The position numbers and the translations under genes are program-made. From an archaeon (lineage in GTDB: Archaea; Nanobdellota; Nanobdellia; Woesearchaeales; GW2011-AR15): a stretch of DNA of 64,000 nucleotides. The DNA lies in the NCBI GenBank assembly GCA_043826135.1, contig JBDRQT010000053.1:4266-68265 (forward strand). The letters run 5' to 3'. Under the pieces are notes generated by a model. It did not search any database, was not told where the DNA came from, and saw only the letters and a program-made list of their open reading frames with translations. Positions 26,776 through 36,081 of this stretch are shown in pieces. Numbering within the stretch: position 1 is the stretch's first letter; each line of letters begins with the position of its first letter.

Positions 26776-28767
26776 TTGATGAGAAAATTACTTTTTATTT
26801 TCGTAATTTTAATATTGATTTCATTCCCGGTCCCGGCAAAAGAACAAGCTGAAGATATATTCTATGCTGATACTCTTCTCCTTGATTTGAAGATGTCATC
26901 GTATTTTACATTAACTGGAAATTCTAACAAAATAGACTATGCAAAAGCAATAATGTATTTTTTCCCTGAAGAATCAACAACTCAGGAGGTGATATCTCTT
27001 GAGACTGTACCCAACGCAGAAACAAATATAGATTATCTTGAGTATTATTGGAACAATCCGATTGCAAAAAGATATGACTACAGCCTTGACTCGAATGTAA
27101 GAACTCATAACAGATTCACAAAAATCAGCAGCAAAATCAGATTTCCGCTCAGCGGCCTGGATAATGATGCAACTTATTATCTGCAAAAAACTAATAAAAT
27201 TGACATAAATGATGAAATAATCAAGAAGGCATCTGAACTTGCAGAAGGTGAAGATGACCTAAGCGTGATAGTGTTCAAGCTTGCATCCTGGACCAAGGAA
27301 AATGTCAATTACAGTATAACAACTGCGACAGCTGATGCCAGCCAGAAAGCTTCATGGGTTCTTCAGAACAGATATGGTGTCTGCGACGAACTTACCAACC
27401 TTTTCATATCATTTTGCAGAAGCCTGGGTATTCCTGCCAGATTTGTTTCAGGTGTATCTTACACAAATTCACAATTGTTTTCAAGCGAATGGGGTCTTCA
27501 TGGTTGGGCTGAAGTCTATTTTCCAGGCTATGGCTGGATACCTTATGATCCGACATACGGACAATACGGATATATCGATGCAGGCCATATAAAACTCAAG
27601 GATTCCCTTGATTCAGATAAATCATCCACCAAATTCGAATGGCAAGGAGATACCAATCTTGATACCGGAACAATGGACCTCCAGGTTGATGTTCTTGAAT
27701 ATGGCAAAAGGCTACCAAATTATGCAGACATAAGTCTTAGTTCGTTTGCAAAACAGGTTGGACCGGGAAGTTACAATATACTTAGTGCAGAATTTGAGAA
27801 CAAGAATTCATATTATATTGCATTTGAGGCAACGCTCACATCAACAAAAGAAGTCTCAAAAATAAGTCCAAATACAAAGTATCTGATAATGCCTCCTAAC
27901 TCAAAAAAAACAGTGCATTGGCTGGTCAAGGTGGATGGCAGTCTCAAAAAAAGTTATGTCTACACATTTCCTTTTGATATATCTACGTCACTTGGAGGAG
28001 ATGAAAAAAGCTCATTTACTGCTGCAGATAATAAAGTAATTTACAGCTTAAAACAGATGACAACTATCCTTAGTAATCTGGAAGAGCAAGAAAAAAAGAC
28101 TTATTCCGGCAGCTTGGATTTTCAGTGCAACTTTCCAAAAGCAGTCTATATCAATGACACCTTTGAAATTTTCTGCAATTTTGAAAACAAAGGAAATATC
28201 TTTTTGAAAAGCCTAAATGTGTGTATCTCAGGCTGCAGATCCATAGATATTGGCATCTCTCAAAATAAAAATATTACTTTTACTGAGAAATTATCTGACA
28301 AGGGAGATCAGGAACTCATCATCACTGTCAAAAATAAAGACGTGTCTGGCCTAAAAAAATTGGGTATTATTGTTGAGGATTATCCTAAGATTACTATCCA
28401 AAATATTGTTGTCCCAGATCCACTCAAGTATCAAGATTTTGAAATTGATTTTGATGTACTTAAAGAATCACTGAGTAATCCGAAAGACGCAAAGATAAAT
28501 GTTATTTTTAACGGTAGGGCAACTGAATGGAATCTGGCGGAGATTGATGCCACTCAGAAATACACTGTATCTCTGGATCCGACCAGCCTGGCTGCCAGCA
28601 ATAATAGGTTAGCCATCCAAGTAATATATCATGACAGGAACAATAAGATATACGAGGAAATCTATGAAAAAGACCTTGAGATAGAGAATCTTAATCTTTT
28701 TCAAAGATTCATACTTTGGATAAGCGGAGTGGAAAGATATTTCGAAAATTTGCTGCCATCATCATAA
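26776..28767 (+). CDS. Secreted transglutaminase-like (papain-fold Cys/His/Asp) domain protein
   Basis: N-terminal signal peptide. Transglutaminase-core signature RYGVCDELTNLFISFCRSLGIPARFVSG ... HGWAEVYFPGYGWIPYDPT (Cys, His, Asp triad spacing). Confidence 0.65.
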   Translation: MMRKLLFIFVILILISFPVPAKEQAEDIFYADTLLLDLKMSSYFTLTGNSNKIDYAKAIMYFFPEESTTQEVISLETVPNAETNIDYLEYYWNNPIAKRYDYSLDSNVRTHNRFTKISSKIRFPLSGLDNDATYYLQKTNKIDINDEIIKKASELAEGEDDLSVIVFKLASWTKENVNYSITTATADASQKASWVLQNRYGVCDELTNLFISFCRSLGIPARFVSGVSYTNSQLFSSEWGLHGWAEVYFPGYGWIPYDPTYGQYGYIDAGHIKLKDSLDSDKSSTKFEWQGDTNLDTGTMDLQVDVLEYGKRLPNYADISLSSFAKQVGPGSYNILSAEFENKNSYYIAFEATLTSTKEVSKISPNTKYLIMPPNSKKTVHWLVKVDGSLKKSYVYTFPFDISTSLGGDEKSSFTAADNKVIYSLKQMTTILSNLEEQEKKTYSGSLDFQCNFPKAVYINDTFEIFCNFENKGNIFLKSLNVCISGCRSIDIGISQNKNITFTEKLSDKGDQELIITVKNKDVSGLKKLGIIVEDYPKITIQNIVVPDPLKYQDFEIDFDVLKESLSNPKDAKINVIFNGRATEWNLAEIDATQKYTVSLDPTSLAASNNRLAIQVIYHDRNNKIYEEIYEKDLEIENLNLFQRFILWISGVERYFENLLPSS

Positions 28768-28800
28768 ACATTAAATAGTCTAGGTGTTTCATTTTAACTG

Positions 28801-29568
28801 ATGTTTATCAACAATATTAATCCTGATATTGCAACAATTGGGCCGTTCTCCATCAGATTCTATGGGATTGTCTATGCTGCTGGATTTCTCCTGATTAATT
28901 ATCTGCTCGTCAAACTTGCTGAAAACAAAAAAATAAAGAATCTGACAAAAGACAGGGCCGAGAATATCACAATGCTAGCGATTGTCTTCGGAATTATCGG
29001 CGCCAGGCTGTTTCATGTGATAACTGATTTCCAGCTATATAGATATGATTTAATTGGGATATTTGAAGTCTGGAAAGGCGGCCTTGGCTATCACGGAGGC
29101 ATCCTTTTTGGAGGAGCTGCAATCTATTTTTACTGCAAAAAGTATAAAATCAATATCTTAGAGATCCTGGACAATATTTCAATTCCACTAGCGTTAATAA
29201 CCACTTTCGGGAGATTAGCAAATTATGTCAATAGCGAAATGTACGGTGCTCCTACTAATCTTCCATGGTGCGTCATCTATCAGCGGATCGATGATATATG
29301 CAGGCATCCCACTCAGATCTATCAGGCAATCTCCATGCTCATATTATTTTTACTTTTGGTTTTCATAAGCAGGCAAAAATACAGCAAAAAAAACGGCGTA
29401 CTATTCTGGTCATTCATAACCTTATATGGATCTTTAAGGTTCATCACTGATTTCTTTAGGTTTGATTACCACATTTTTTTCCTTGGCCTGAGCCTGAGCC
29501 ATCTTCTAAATTTACTTATGGTCATAATTGGAATTTATTGTCTATCAAAATTAAAGGTGAGAAAATGA
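28801..29568 (+). CDS. lgt: Prolipoprotein diacylglyceryl transferase (Lgt) homolog
   Basis: Matches Lgt blocks: IGPFSIRFYGIVYAAGF, GIIGARLFHVI, EVWKGGLGYHGGIL, FGRLANYVNSEMYG, CRHPTQIYQA, GSLRFITDFFR (cf. E. coli SIGP..WYGLMY, GGRIGYVLF, RVWDGGMSFHGG, GRLGNFINGELWG, RHPSQLYE, GAFRIIVEFFR). Bacterial-type enzyme in an archaeal context. Confidence 0.75.
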   Translation: MFINNINPDIATIGPFSIRFYGIVYAAGFLLINYLLVKLAENKKIKNLTKDRAENITMLAIVFGIIGARLFHVITDFQLYRYDLIGIFEVWKGGLGYHGGILFGGAAIYFYCKKYKINILEILDNISIPLALITTFGRLANYVNSEMYGAPTNLPWCVIYQRIDDICRHPTQIYQAISMLILFLLLVFISRQKYSKKNGVLFWSFITLYGSLRFITDFFRFDYHIFFLGLSLSHLLNLLMVIIGIYCLSKLKVRK

Positions 29569-30302
29569 TAAAATTTTTTGCAGGCAATTGGAAGATGAAT
29601 AAAAATAAGGAAGAAGCTGCAACTTATATGAGGAAATTTAAGCAGCTTGTCCAAGATACCAAATCCGAGATTGTTATTGCTCCTCCATTTACATTGCTTG
29701 AGACAGTGTCCGACGCATGTAAGGGATCAAAGATCAAAGTGGCAGCACAAAATATCTACTTTGAGAGTGATGGTGCTTATACAGGAGAAATATCCTCAGA
29801 CATGGTCAAAGATTTTGCAGAATACGTTATCATTGGACATTCTGAGAGGCGAAAATATTTTGCTGAAACTGATGAAATGATAAACAAAAAAATTAAGGCA
29901 GCACTCTTAGCCGGCCTTAAAGTAATATTCTGTTTAGGAGAAAATCTAACCCAGCGAGAAAAGGGGGATGCAAAAAAAGTTGTCGAGCACCAACTTCTCG
30001 GTGGACTGAAAGACCTAAATGAACTAAATGACATTATTATCGCATACGAACCTGTGTGGGCCATTGGGACAGGAAAGAATGCGACTCCTGAACAAGCTGA
30101 AGAAATCCACGCCTTTATCAAGCTTCAAATTTCAAAATTTTACGGGAAATCTATGGCAAATGGAGTAAAGATAATTTATGGCGGCTCAGTGAACCCTGAA
30201 AATTCTAAGGCTATCCTTAAGATGAAAAATATTGACGGATGCCTTCCTGGCGGTGCAAGTCTTGATCCGGTAAAATTCAGCCAGATTATTCATTCTGTTT
30301 AG
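29565..30302 (+). CDS. tpiA: Triosephosphate isomerase, bacterial/eukaryotic-type
   Basis: MIKFFAGNWKMN N-terminus (AGNWKMN), catalytic IIGHSERR, AYEPVWAIGTG, IIYGGSV. About 245 aa rather than the short archaeal-type TIM. Start chosen at ATG 29565, preceded by AATTAAAGGTGA. The ORF-track start 29538 would overlap lgt. Confidence 0.85.
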   Translation: MIKFFAGNWKMNKNKEEAATYMRKFKQLVQDTKSEIVIAPPFTLLETVSDACKGSKIKVAAQNIYFESDGAYTGEISSDMVKDFAEYVIIGHSERRKYFAETDEMINKKIKAALLAGLKVIFCLGENLTQREKGDAKKVVEHQLLGGLKDLNELNDIIIAYEPVWAIGTGKNATPEQAEEIHAFIKLQISKFYGKSMANGVKIIYGGSVNPENSKAILKMKNIDGCLPGGASLDPVKFSQIIHSV

Positions 30303-30314
30303 CATTAATAAAGG

Positions 30315-30340
30315 ATATGCATTTCCGTGCATATCTTTTC
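30315..30340 (+). terminator. Hairpin plus T-tract downstream of tpiA (ATATGCA-TTTCCG-TGCATAT then CTTTTC)
   Basis: Perfect 7-bp inverted repeat with a 6-nt loop 13 nt after the tpiA stop, followed by a pyrimidine/T-rich run. A second, longer-range CCGTGC...GCACGG pairing (30325-30362) is also present. Confidence 0.3.
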
Positions 30341-30489
30341 GTAAGAGCGCAATGGAGCACGGATTAAAAAAAGATAAATGAGGGTAAAAAACACGATAAT
30401 ATTTGTGGTCGCCTGTATTGATTCTTAGCTCCCTATGCAGCGACATGGTTCAATTTATAATCAAAAAAATAATTGCAGGAAAAAATATC

Positions 30490-31059
30490 TTACTTCACAG
30501 TCACGCTAATCTGCTGTGTCGGTGCATATAGTGAGGGATGTCCTGAGTCGCATTTATCATCAGTATTATCATTAGCATTCAGACACACATTGACATTGAA
30601 GGTGTAGGTGCCGCTTTTGATGCCTCGTGGAGGCCTTATCGGAACCTCAATCACTGTATCATCATTGTTCTCAAGCTCAATTGTCGCGAAGTCAGTGAAG
30701 GTCCAATCTTTTAAAGTGACTGAATTGATTGTCTGGTCATCCAAGGTCAGGCCCCGTCTGAAAGTCACATGCAATTTGAACTCCTTTGTCTGTCCATAGA
30801 TATTGTTTATCACAACACCAAATGAAGTTGTCTTCAGTGTCTCTGCATCCCCCTTAGTCTTTGGGATGCATACCCTATCCCCACGCTGCACACAATTCTC
30901 TCTTTCGACCTCAAAGTAGTCGGGTAGACCCATCTTGGTAATTTCCCCTGAAGCCTTGAAGATGCTTGCAGCAAATATTAGGCCAAGTGAAAGAAGAATA
31001 ATACCTAGTATTATTCCAACCAGGTAGTTTATTGCAAGTTCCATTCCTTTCTTGTTCAT
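30490..31059 (-). CDS. Archaeal type-IV-pilin-like protein (class III signal peptide)
   Basis: N-terminus MNKKG|MELAINYLVGIILGIILLSLGLIF: basic residues, then Gly, then a hydrophobic stretch typical of PibD/FlaK-processed prepilins. Paralogous N-terminus to the 31329-31889 gene (shared LSLGL(I/T)F). Confidence 0.5.
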   Translation of the reverse strand: MNKKGMELAINYLVGIILGIILLSLGLIFAASIFKASGEITKMGLPDYFEVERENCVQRGDRVCIPKTKGDAETLKTTSFGVVINNIYGQTKEFKLHVTFRRGLTLDDQTINSVTLKDWTFTDFATIELENNDDTVIEVPIRPPRGIKSGTYTFNVNVCLNANDNTDDKCDSGHPSLYAPTQQISVTVK

Positions 31060-31286
31060 TTTACGATTTCATACTCCTTTATCAGCAGGAACATGAACAG
31101 CATCAGGATGATTGCTCCTCCAAAAAGGAATGATATCCCTCTGATGAACATCTCTCCGGACCCTGCTAAAAGTATGTAGAAACCATACGCCATAATAGCC
31201 AGTCCCATCCACAAAAATTTATCCAAAACAAGTTTGAGAATCTCAAATTCTTCTGCTTGGGTTAGTCTTTTCTTCATTTTGAGCAC
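31056..31286 (-). CDS. Small membrane protein (76 aa, 2 TM)
   Basis: ORF overlapping the downstream pilin-like gene by 4 nt. Two hydrophobic helices. Confidence 0.35.
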   Translation of the reverse strand: MLKMKKRLTQAEEFEILKLVLDKFLWMGLAIMAYGFYILLAGSGEMFIRGISFLFGGAIILMLFMFLLIKEYEIVK

Positions 31287-31328
31287 CTCAAAATTGAGAC
31301 TACGAACACTAGTGAGTTTGTTTTCATT

Positions 31329-31889
31329 TTACTCCACCTCTATATCAAGATACAGAATTTTTTCCACATTGGATCCGGAGCATGCTCCTTTTACTGAAAC
31401 TTCATACCTGTAGGTTGTTGTCAGCGCAGCGTTCTTTGGAGTTACTTCTATCGGAACAATTGTCTTTTCTTTTGCCTTGACATTTTGTGGGCTAAACGTG
31501 ACAAGTTTTATGTCTGAACATCTATTTCCTGTTGATTCTCCAAGCACCTGGCATTTTGTCCCTTTTTCTCCGATATCAATAGAAAGATCAACATCGCAGT
31601 CTAACCTGTTATTCAGAACCAATAGGTTTTTCTCGAGAGAATTCCTCTTAATCGCCATTGTTGTAAATTCAAGGCATGCGGGGTCTTGACATTTTTGCAT
31701 TAGTTGACTTTTCCGATCTTCTCCAATACCAGCAAGGCTCTTATCCAGCTGGACCGTTGCTCCGCCAAAAGTCTTATTGATAAACGTCAACCCAAGGCTA
31801 AGCATTGTCACCGCCAAAATCAAAACCACTATAGAATTTATCGAAAGGTCCAAAGACGCTTTTTTCATTATTCCACCTCTTTTAAGCAT
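31329..31889 (-). CDS. Archaeal type-IV-pilin-like protein (class III signal peptide)
   Basis: MKKA|SLDLSINSIVVLILAVTMLSLGLTF. The class-III signal begins at the internal Met, so the likely start is nt 31868. Confidence 0.5.
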   Translation of the reverse strand: MLKRGGIMKKASLDLSINSIVVLILAVTMLSLGLTFINKTFGGATVQLDKSLAGIGEDRKSQLMQKCQDPACLEFTTMAIKRNSLEKNLLVLNNRLDCDVDLSIDIGEKGTKCQVLGESTGNRCSDIKLVTFSPQNVKAKEKTIVPIEVTPKNAALTTTYRYEVSVKGACSGSNVEKILYLDIEVE

Positions 31890-31970
31890 TATTAAATCAC
31901 CATGTTTTGGAGTTTTTAAACTTTTCTAATAGGAAACTTTAAGAATGACAACCAATACCTCAGTTTTTTA

Positions 31971-32534
31971 ATGGATAAAATCCGAGCTAAACTCAAGAAA
32001 ATATTCACTCTCAAGCGTGTTCTGTTCGTTACTATTTTCTTCATTGCCTGCCTCGCCTGGTTCAAATATATTGCAGGAATCATACTAGTGGTGATATTTA
32101 CACCAATTACAATAATGATCATCAGATACAGCAGATTCATACCTCATGTGACAGCTGACAATAACCTCGCTTTTGCATGCCTCATGGGCTTTCTTTTTGG
32201 ACCTGTCATCAGTGTTCTTTATGCACTTATAGTTGGTATGATCTCATTAGTGGTTAATAGCCATGTAAAAATACCAAGCCTTGCCAGCCTTATGTTAGCT
32301 GCCGTTGGAAGCGTCTTTTGTACACTTCTTGGAGCACAATTCCATATGTCTTTTAGTACCTCTTTCATGATTGTTGCAGTTGTGAGAACCTTTGTGGCTT
32401 TGCCTATATTTAATCTGCTCGGAGTCAGTCCAATCGAGAACATAAGTCACCAGACATCGCAAATGCTGTGCAATCTTATTATATATCTTCCATTGCTTAG
32501 TCTACTCTATAAAATCATCGCGCCTTTTGTGTAA
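31971..32534 (+). CDS. Hypothetical polytopic membrane protein
   Basis: 187-aa ORF with 5-6 predicted TM helices. Confidence 0.4.
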   Translation: MDKIRAKLKKIFTLKRVLFVTIFFIACLAWFKYIAGIILVVIFTPITIMIIRYSRFIPHVTADNNLAFACLMGFLFGPVISVLYALIVGMISLVVNSHVKIPSLASLMLAAVGSVFCTLLGAQFHMSFSTSFMIVAVVRTFVALPIFNLLGVSPIENISHQTSQMLCNLIIYLPLLSLLYKIIAPFV

Positions 32535-33069
32535 GAAAATCAGCAACCTTCCTGAATGCAATCGCCCGATGAGATATCTTGTTTTTTTCATCCCTGCTGA
32601 TGCCGGAGATCGGTTTGCCGTCTAACATTAGTATACGCTCATATGGTAGGACATCCTTATCCTTATCGTACACCTGAGAAGCTGCAATGCATTTTAGTGA
32701 CCCGGAAAATGTTGTGACTATTCCTTGGTCGCAGTATGAGACTACAGTCCTGAATTCAGCGTTCCTGTCTTCCCCATCCAGAAGTTTCAGAAGTCCTTTG
32801 TAACCTAGCAACTCAAATATCAATTTGGGGTGATTGCCTGGAAAATTCGGAAAAGCTGAGAAAAAAACACCAGTATCATCGACAATTACAGGCTTATTAT
32901 ACTTCTCATTATACATTTTAGCATTGAATTCTGCTGTCTCCAATAAGTCCATCTCCTTGGTCTCGATCTTCTCGTCAGCAATCTGCTTAATCTCAATTCC
33001 ATATTCTGAAAATACTGCTCTTGCCTCTTCAACTTTGTGTTTATTTGACGTAACTATGAAAAGTTCCAT
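32515..33069 (-). CDS. Non-canonical purine NTP pyrophosphatase (Ham1/RdgB/ITPase family)
   Basis: MELFIVTSNKHKVEEARAVF (T-S/G-N-x-x-K motif) and C-terminal ISHRAIAF (SHR motif). Start moved to the internal Met (nt 33069) corresponding to the family N-terminus. Confidence 0.7.
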   Translation of the reverse strand: MELFIVTSNKHKVEEARAVFSEYGIEIKQIADEKIETKEMDLLETAEFNAKMYNEKYNKPVIVDDTGVFFSAFPNFPGNHPKLIFELLGYKGLLKLLDGEDRNAEFRTVVSYCDQGIVTTFSGSLKCIAASQVYDKDKDVLPYERILMLDGKPISGISRDEKNKISHRAIAFRKVADFLTQKAR

Positions 33070-33164
33070 GACCAGATGCAAATCAACGCGATATTTAAGG
33101 TTTAGGTTGCATCCAAAGCCGCAAAACACAACAATATAAAAGCTGCACCAGTTTCCAAATTGAT

Positions 33165-34154
33165 ATGAATTTCCAAAACCTTCAAAATATTGAAACTGCA
33201 GATAAATATCTTGACATGGCTTTTGCTAAAGCTTCTAAAAAAAGTGCTGAACTCAGGAAGAACTTTACAGGAGACAGACTAAAGAAATCCAAGGATATAG
33301 AGACTGAAAAACTAGACATTATAAATAATGTGCTGTGCGACCAGCTGACAAAAATATTAGATTCGTTTCCAAGCATAAATCAGTTGGATGATTTTTATCA
33401 AGAACTGATTAAGATAACACTTGATTATGTCTATCTCAAAAAATCGCTTGGCTCTATCAAATGGGCCGTCGACAGGACAGATAATCTTTTTAGGATATAC
33501 AGAGGAAAAATTGCCAATACTGCTGACATAAAAAAAATAAATTCATACAGACAGGAATTCTATGGTCGAGTATCCAGCGTGATGAAACAGATAAAGAAAT
33601 TTTTGGAATATGTTGAACATGCACGAAAAGTCATGAAAGATTACCCAAGCATCAAAACTTCAATGCCATCTGTATGCATATTTGGTTTTCCAAATGCGGG
33701 CAAAAGTACTCTTCTTAAAAAACTCACTGGCGCAAATCCAGAAATAAAAGCGTATCACTTCACAACAAAACAACTGAATCTTGGGTATATTGACCTCAAG
33801 ACAAGAAAAATCCAGGTCATCGATACTCCAGGTACTTTAAACAGGCAAAAGATGAATCTCATAGAGATGCAGGCATATCTTGCAGTCAAGCATCTTGCAA
33901 GCATGATAGTGTATGTCTTTGATCCAAGCCTTGAGATACCCCTAAAAGACCAGGAAAAACTGCTCAAGAACCTGAAATCAGAATTTAAGACTGAAATTGT
34001 GCTTTACCTGAGCAAGACTGACGTCGCTGACGCAGATATAATTAAGGAGATCAAAGAAAAACATCCGACGATAATGTCACTGGATGATTTGAAAGAATAT
34101 ATCATTAAAAACACAGTAATAAAGAAATCAGAAACAAATAAATTAGAAAATTAA
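33165..34154 (+). CDS. Nog1-type GTPase (archaeal NOG1 N-terminal domain plus GTP-binding domain)
   Basis: P-loop VCIFGFPNAGKSTLLKKLTG, G2 Thr in HFTTK, G3 DTPG, NKxD-like SKTD. N-terminal NOG1-like helical domain. Confidence 0.7.
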   Translation: MNFQNLQNIETADKYLDMAFAKASKKSAELRKNFTGDRLKKSKDIETEKLDIINNVLCDQLTKILDSFPSINQLDDFYQELIKITLDYVYLKKSLGSIKWAVDRTDNLFRIYRGKIANTADIKKINSYRQEFYGRVSSVMKQIKKFLEYVEHARKVMKDYPSIKTSMPSVCIFGFPNAGKSTLLKKLTGANPEIKAYHFTTKQLNLGYIDLKTRKIQVIDTPGTLNRQKMNLIEMQAYLAVKHLASMIVYVFDPSLEIPLKDQEKLLKNLKSEFKTEIVLYLSKTDVADADIIKEIKEKHPTIMSLDDLKEYIIKNTVIKKSETNKLEN

Positions 34155-34672
34155 AGCTTCTTTACTGCTACTGTTGTAGTCATTGGCAGTTTGTTGTTTG
34201 CTCTTCTGAATGCTTTTCTTGCGAGATCTATTCCATTTTCATTCACATAAGCAGACATTACAATCTGGCCAACCTTCAATTGAGCTGAATTTCCGACTGG
34301 TTTTCCAAAAGAATGTGCCATACCTGATGAGAACCTATCTGCTCCTGCTCCTGAAGCAAGTGCATGCTCTCTGACGACATGGTGCGGATATACTCTCACC
34401 TGAAGCCTAAATCCAACTTTTCCAAGCACTTTTTCAAGTGTTCTGTTCGCAGTTGTCCTTGCGGCTTCTATACCATTATCCCTGGCTTGAACATGTTCTT
34501 TTGAGCATAAATCTACTCTGTATTTGAAATCGGATGTAAGATTACCTACGTTAAACTTTACAATCTTGCAAACAGGTGCCCCTCTGACAAATGATTTTTT
34601 CCTGTATTTTGATTTCCTGGTATTAGGCCTTTCTATATTTCTGCAGGTACACCCTTTTCTGATTTTTGCCAT
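34151..34672 (-). CDS. rpl10e: Ribosomal protein L10e (uL16)
   Basis: MAKIRKGCTCRNIERPNTRKSKYRKKSFVRGAP... matches the archaeal/eukaryotic L10e N-terminus (RPARCYR...K.YPKSRFCRGVP) and length (~173 aa). Confidence 0.85.
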   Translation of the reverse strand: MAKIRKGCTCRNIERPNTRKSKYRKKSFVRGAPVCKIVKFNVGNLTSDFKYRVDLCSKEHVQARDNGIEAARTTANRTLEKVLGKVGFRLQVRVYPHHVVREHALASGAGADRFSSGMAHSFGKPVGNSAQLKVGQIVMSAYVNENGIDLARKAFRRANNKLPMTTTVAVKKL

Positions 34673-34775
34673 ATGACCTGAAGAAAAACTAGTGATTTAA
34701 AAAGCTTTTGATACTAAAATACTTACAGAGCAAAAACCTTTTAAACCCCAACCTTTCCCAAAAAACAGGGGTGAT

Positions 34776-35462
34776 TTGTTGAATAGCAAAATTGCACTTG
34801 CAGTGATATTCGTATTTTTTTTCAACGATGCTTTTGCTGTAAATCTCTATTATGGGAATTATAATGAAAACATTCTCTCAGATTATATTGATATCCCTAT
34901 TGTTGCTGTCACAATAGATGAGACTACTGGAATTATCGGCCAGTGCAGGATAGGCATCATAAATGAAGGCGAAGACGGCCTTATATTTGATGAGAGAACT
35001 CCGCTTGACGATAGCGCCATGAGAGCTGCCTTGGATGCCTACTCTTTTGCGCAAGGATATACAGGCAAAAGGCTTACCTATTTTATTTCATATGATCTAA
35101 ACACCCGATCGGTGTCGGGAAGCAGCACAGGAGCATCAATCGCATCGGGCATGATAGCTCTCGCCATGAACAAATCATATAATCAGGATTATATTATCAG
35201 CGGAGCTGTATCTCCTGCCGGTGATATGCTTGAAACAGGAGGGCTTCCAATCAAGATTCTTGCAGTTGCATCAACGACGCCTAAGATGATAATGCCAGAG
35301 CAAGATGAGTATATATATGAAAAAAGAGAAATAGATGGAAAAGAATTCATATATGCAAGAAAATTTAACCTAACTGGATATGCTGCAATTGCTGGAGTGA
35401 GTCTCATAAAAACAGAAAACCTCCTGAATATGCTGCCGATTATCCTTAATGCAAAGGTTTAA
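34776..35462 (+). CDS. Secreted protein with Lon-protease C-terminal (S16) proteolytic-like domain
   Basis: Signal peptide MLNSKIALAVIFVFFFNDAFA. Segment GSSTGASIASGMIALAMNK...IISGAVSPAGDMLETGGLPIKILAVASTTPKMIMPEQD parallels Lon_C (GPSAGIAMATALVS...[39 protein letters not shown]), including the Ser position. Confidence 0.5.
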   Translation: MLNSKIALAVIFVFFFNDAFAVNLYYGNYNENILSDYIDIPIVAVTIDETTGIIGQCRIGIINEGEDGLIFDERTPLDDSAMRAALDAYSFAQGYTGKRLTYFISYDLNTRSVSGSSTGASIASGMIALAMNKSYNQDYIISGAVSPAGDMLETGGLPIKILAVASTTPKMIMPEQDEYIYEKREIDGKEFIYARKFNLTGYAAIAGVSLIKTENLLNMLPIILNAKV

Positions 35463-35505
35463 ATGATATTATATAATCCTAAAGTGCTTAATAAGGTGGG
35501 GTAAA

Positions 35506-36081
35506 TTGAGCTGGACAAAAATTGCTGATTCAAGTGAACTGATTGTCTTTGAAAATGATCTTAGTAGCCATAAATTCAAGATCGAAGCCCGAAGGATAGA
35601 TAATGGTTGGGAGGTTTTCAAGACTAAGATAGAAGGTACAAAATCAAACCTTATATCAGAACACCTACTCGAGAATAAGCATGATGCTCTGCTGCTTATT
35701 GATAAGCTGAAGGAAGACAAATCAGAGGAGCCTGAGAAGAAAACCGCACCCATCCTTTCTCTAAAAAGAGTATACAAGGAAGAATTTACTGAAAAATGGT
35801 TCTTTACCCTGGACAAGGATAATTTCAAGAATTTCGTGTTCATCAAGTATGACAATTATATCAGGGCTGATGTCGTGATGCACGAAAGCTATGCACTCAA
35901 GGAAAAAGCAATCATAAGCCAGATAGAAGAAAAGCTTGGCCTAAAAGAATTCGGAGAAGCTACGCTCTATGAGATTTATTATTTCAAGAGATACAACAAG
36001 ACTGCTGAAAAAAAGCTAAATTTCCCTGAGATGAACTTCATGGATATGGAATTTGATTTTTCAGACGAAGAATATTACTAA
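35506..36081 (+). CDS. Hypothetical protein (191 aa)
   Basis: ORF only. Confidence 0.35.
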   Translation: MSWTKIADSSELIVFENDLSSHKFKIEARRIDNGWEVFKTKIEGTKSNLISEHLLENKHDALLLIDKLKEDKSEEPEKKTAPILSLKRVYKEEFTEKWFFTLDKDNFKNFVFIKYDNYIRADVVMHESYALKEKAIISQIEEKLGLKEFGEATLYEIYYFKRYNKTAEKKLNFPEMNFMDMEFDFSDEEYY

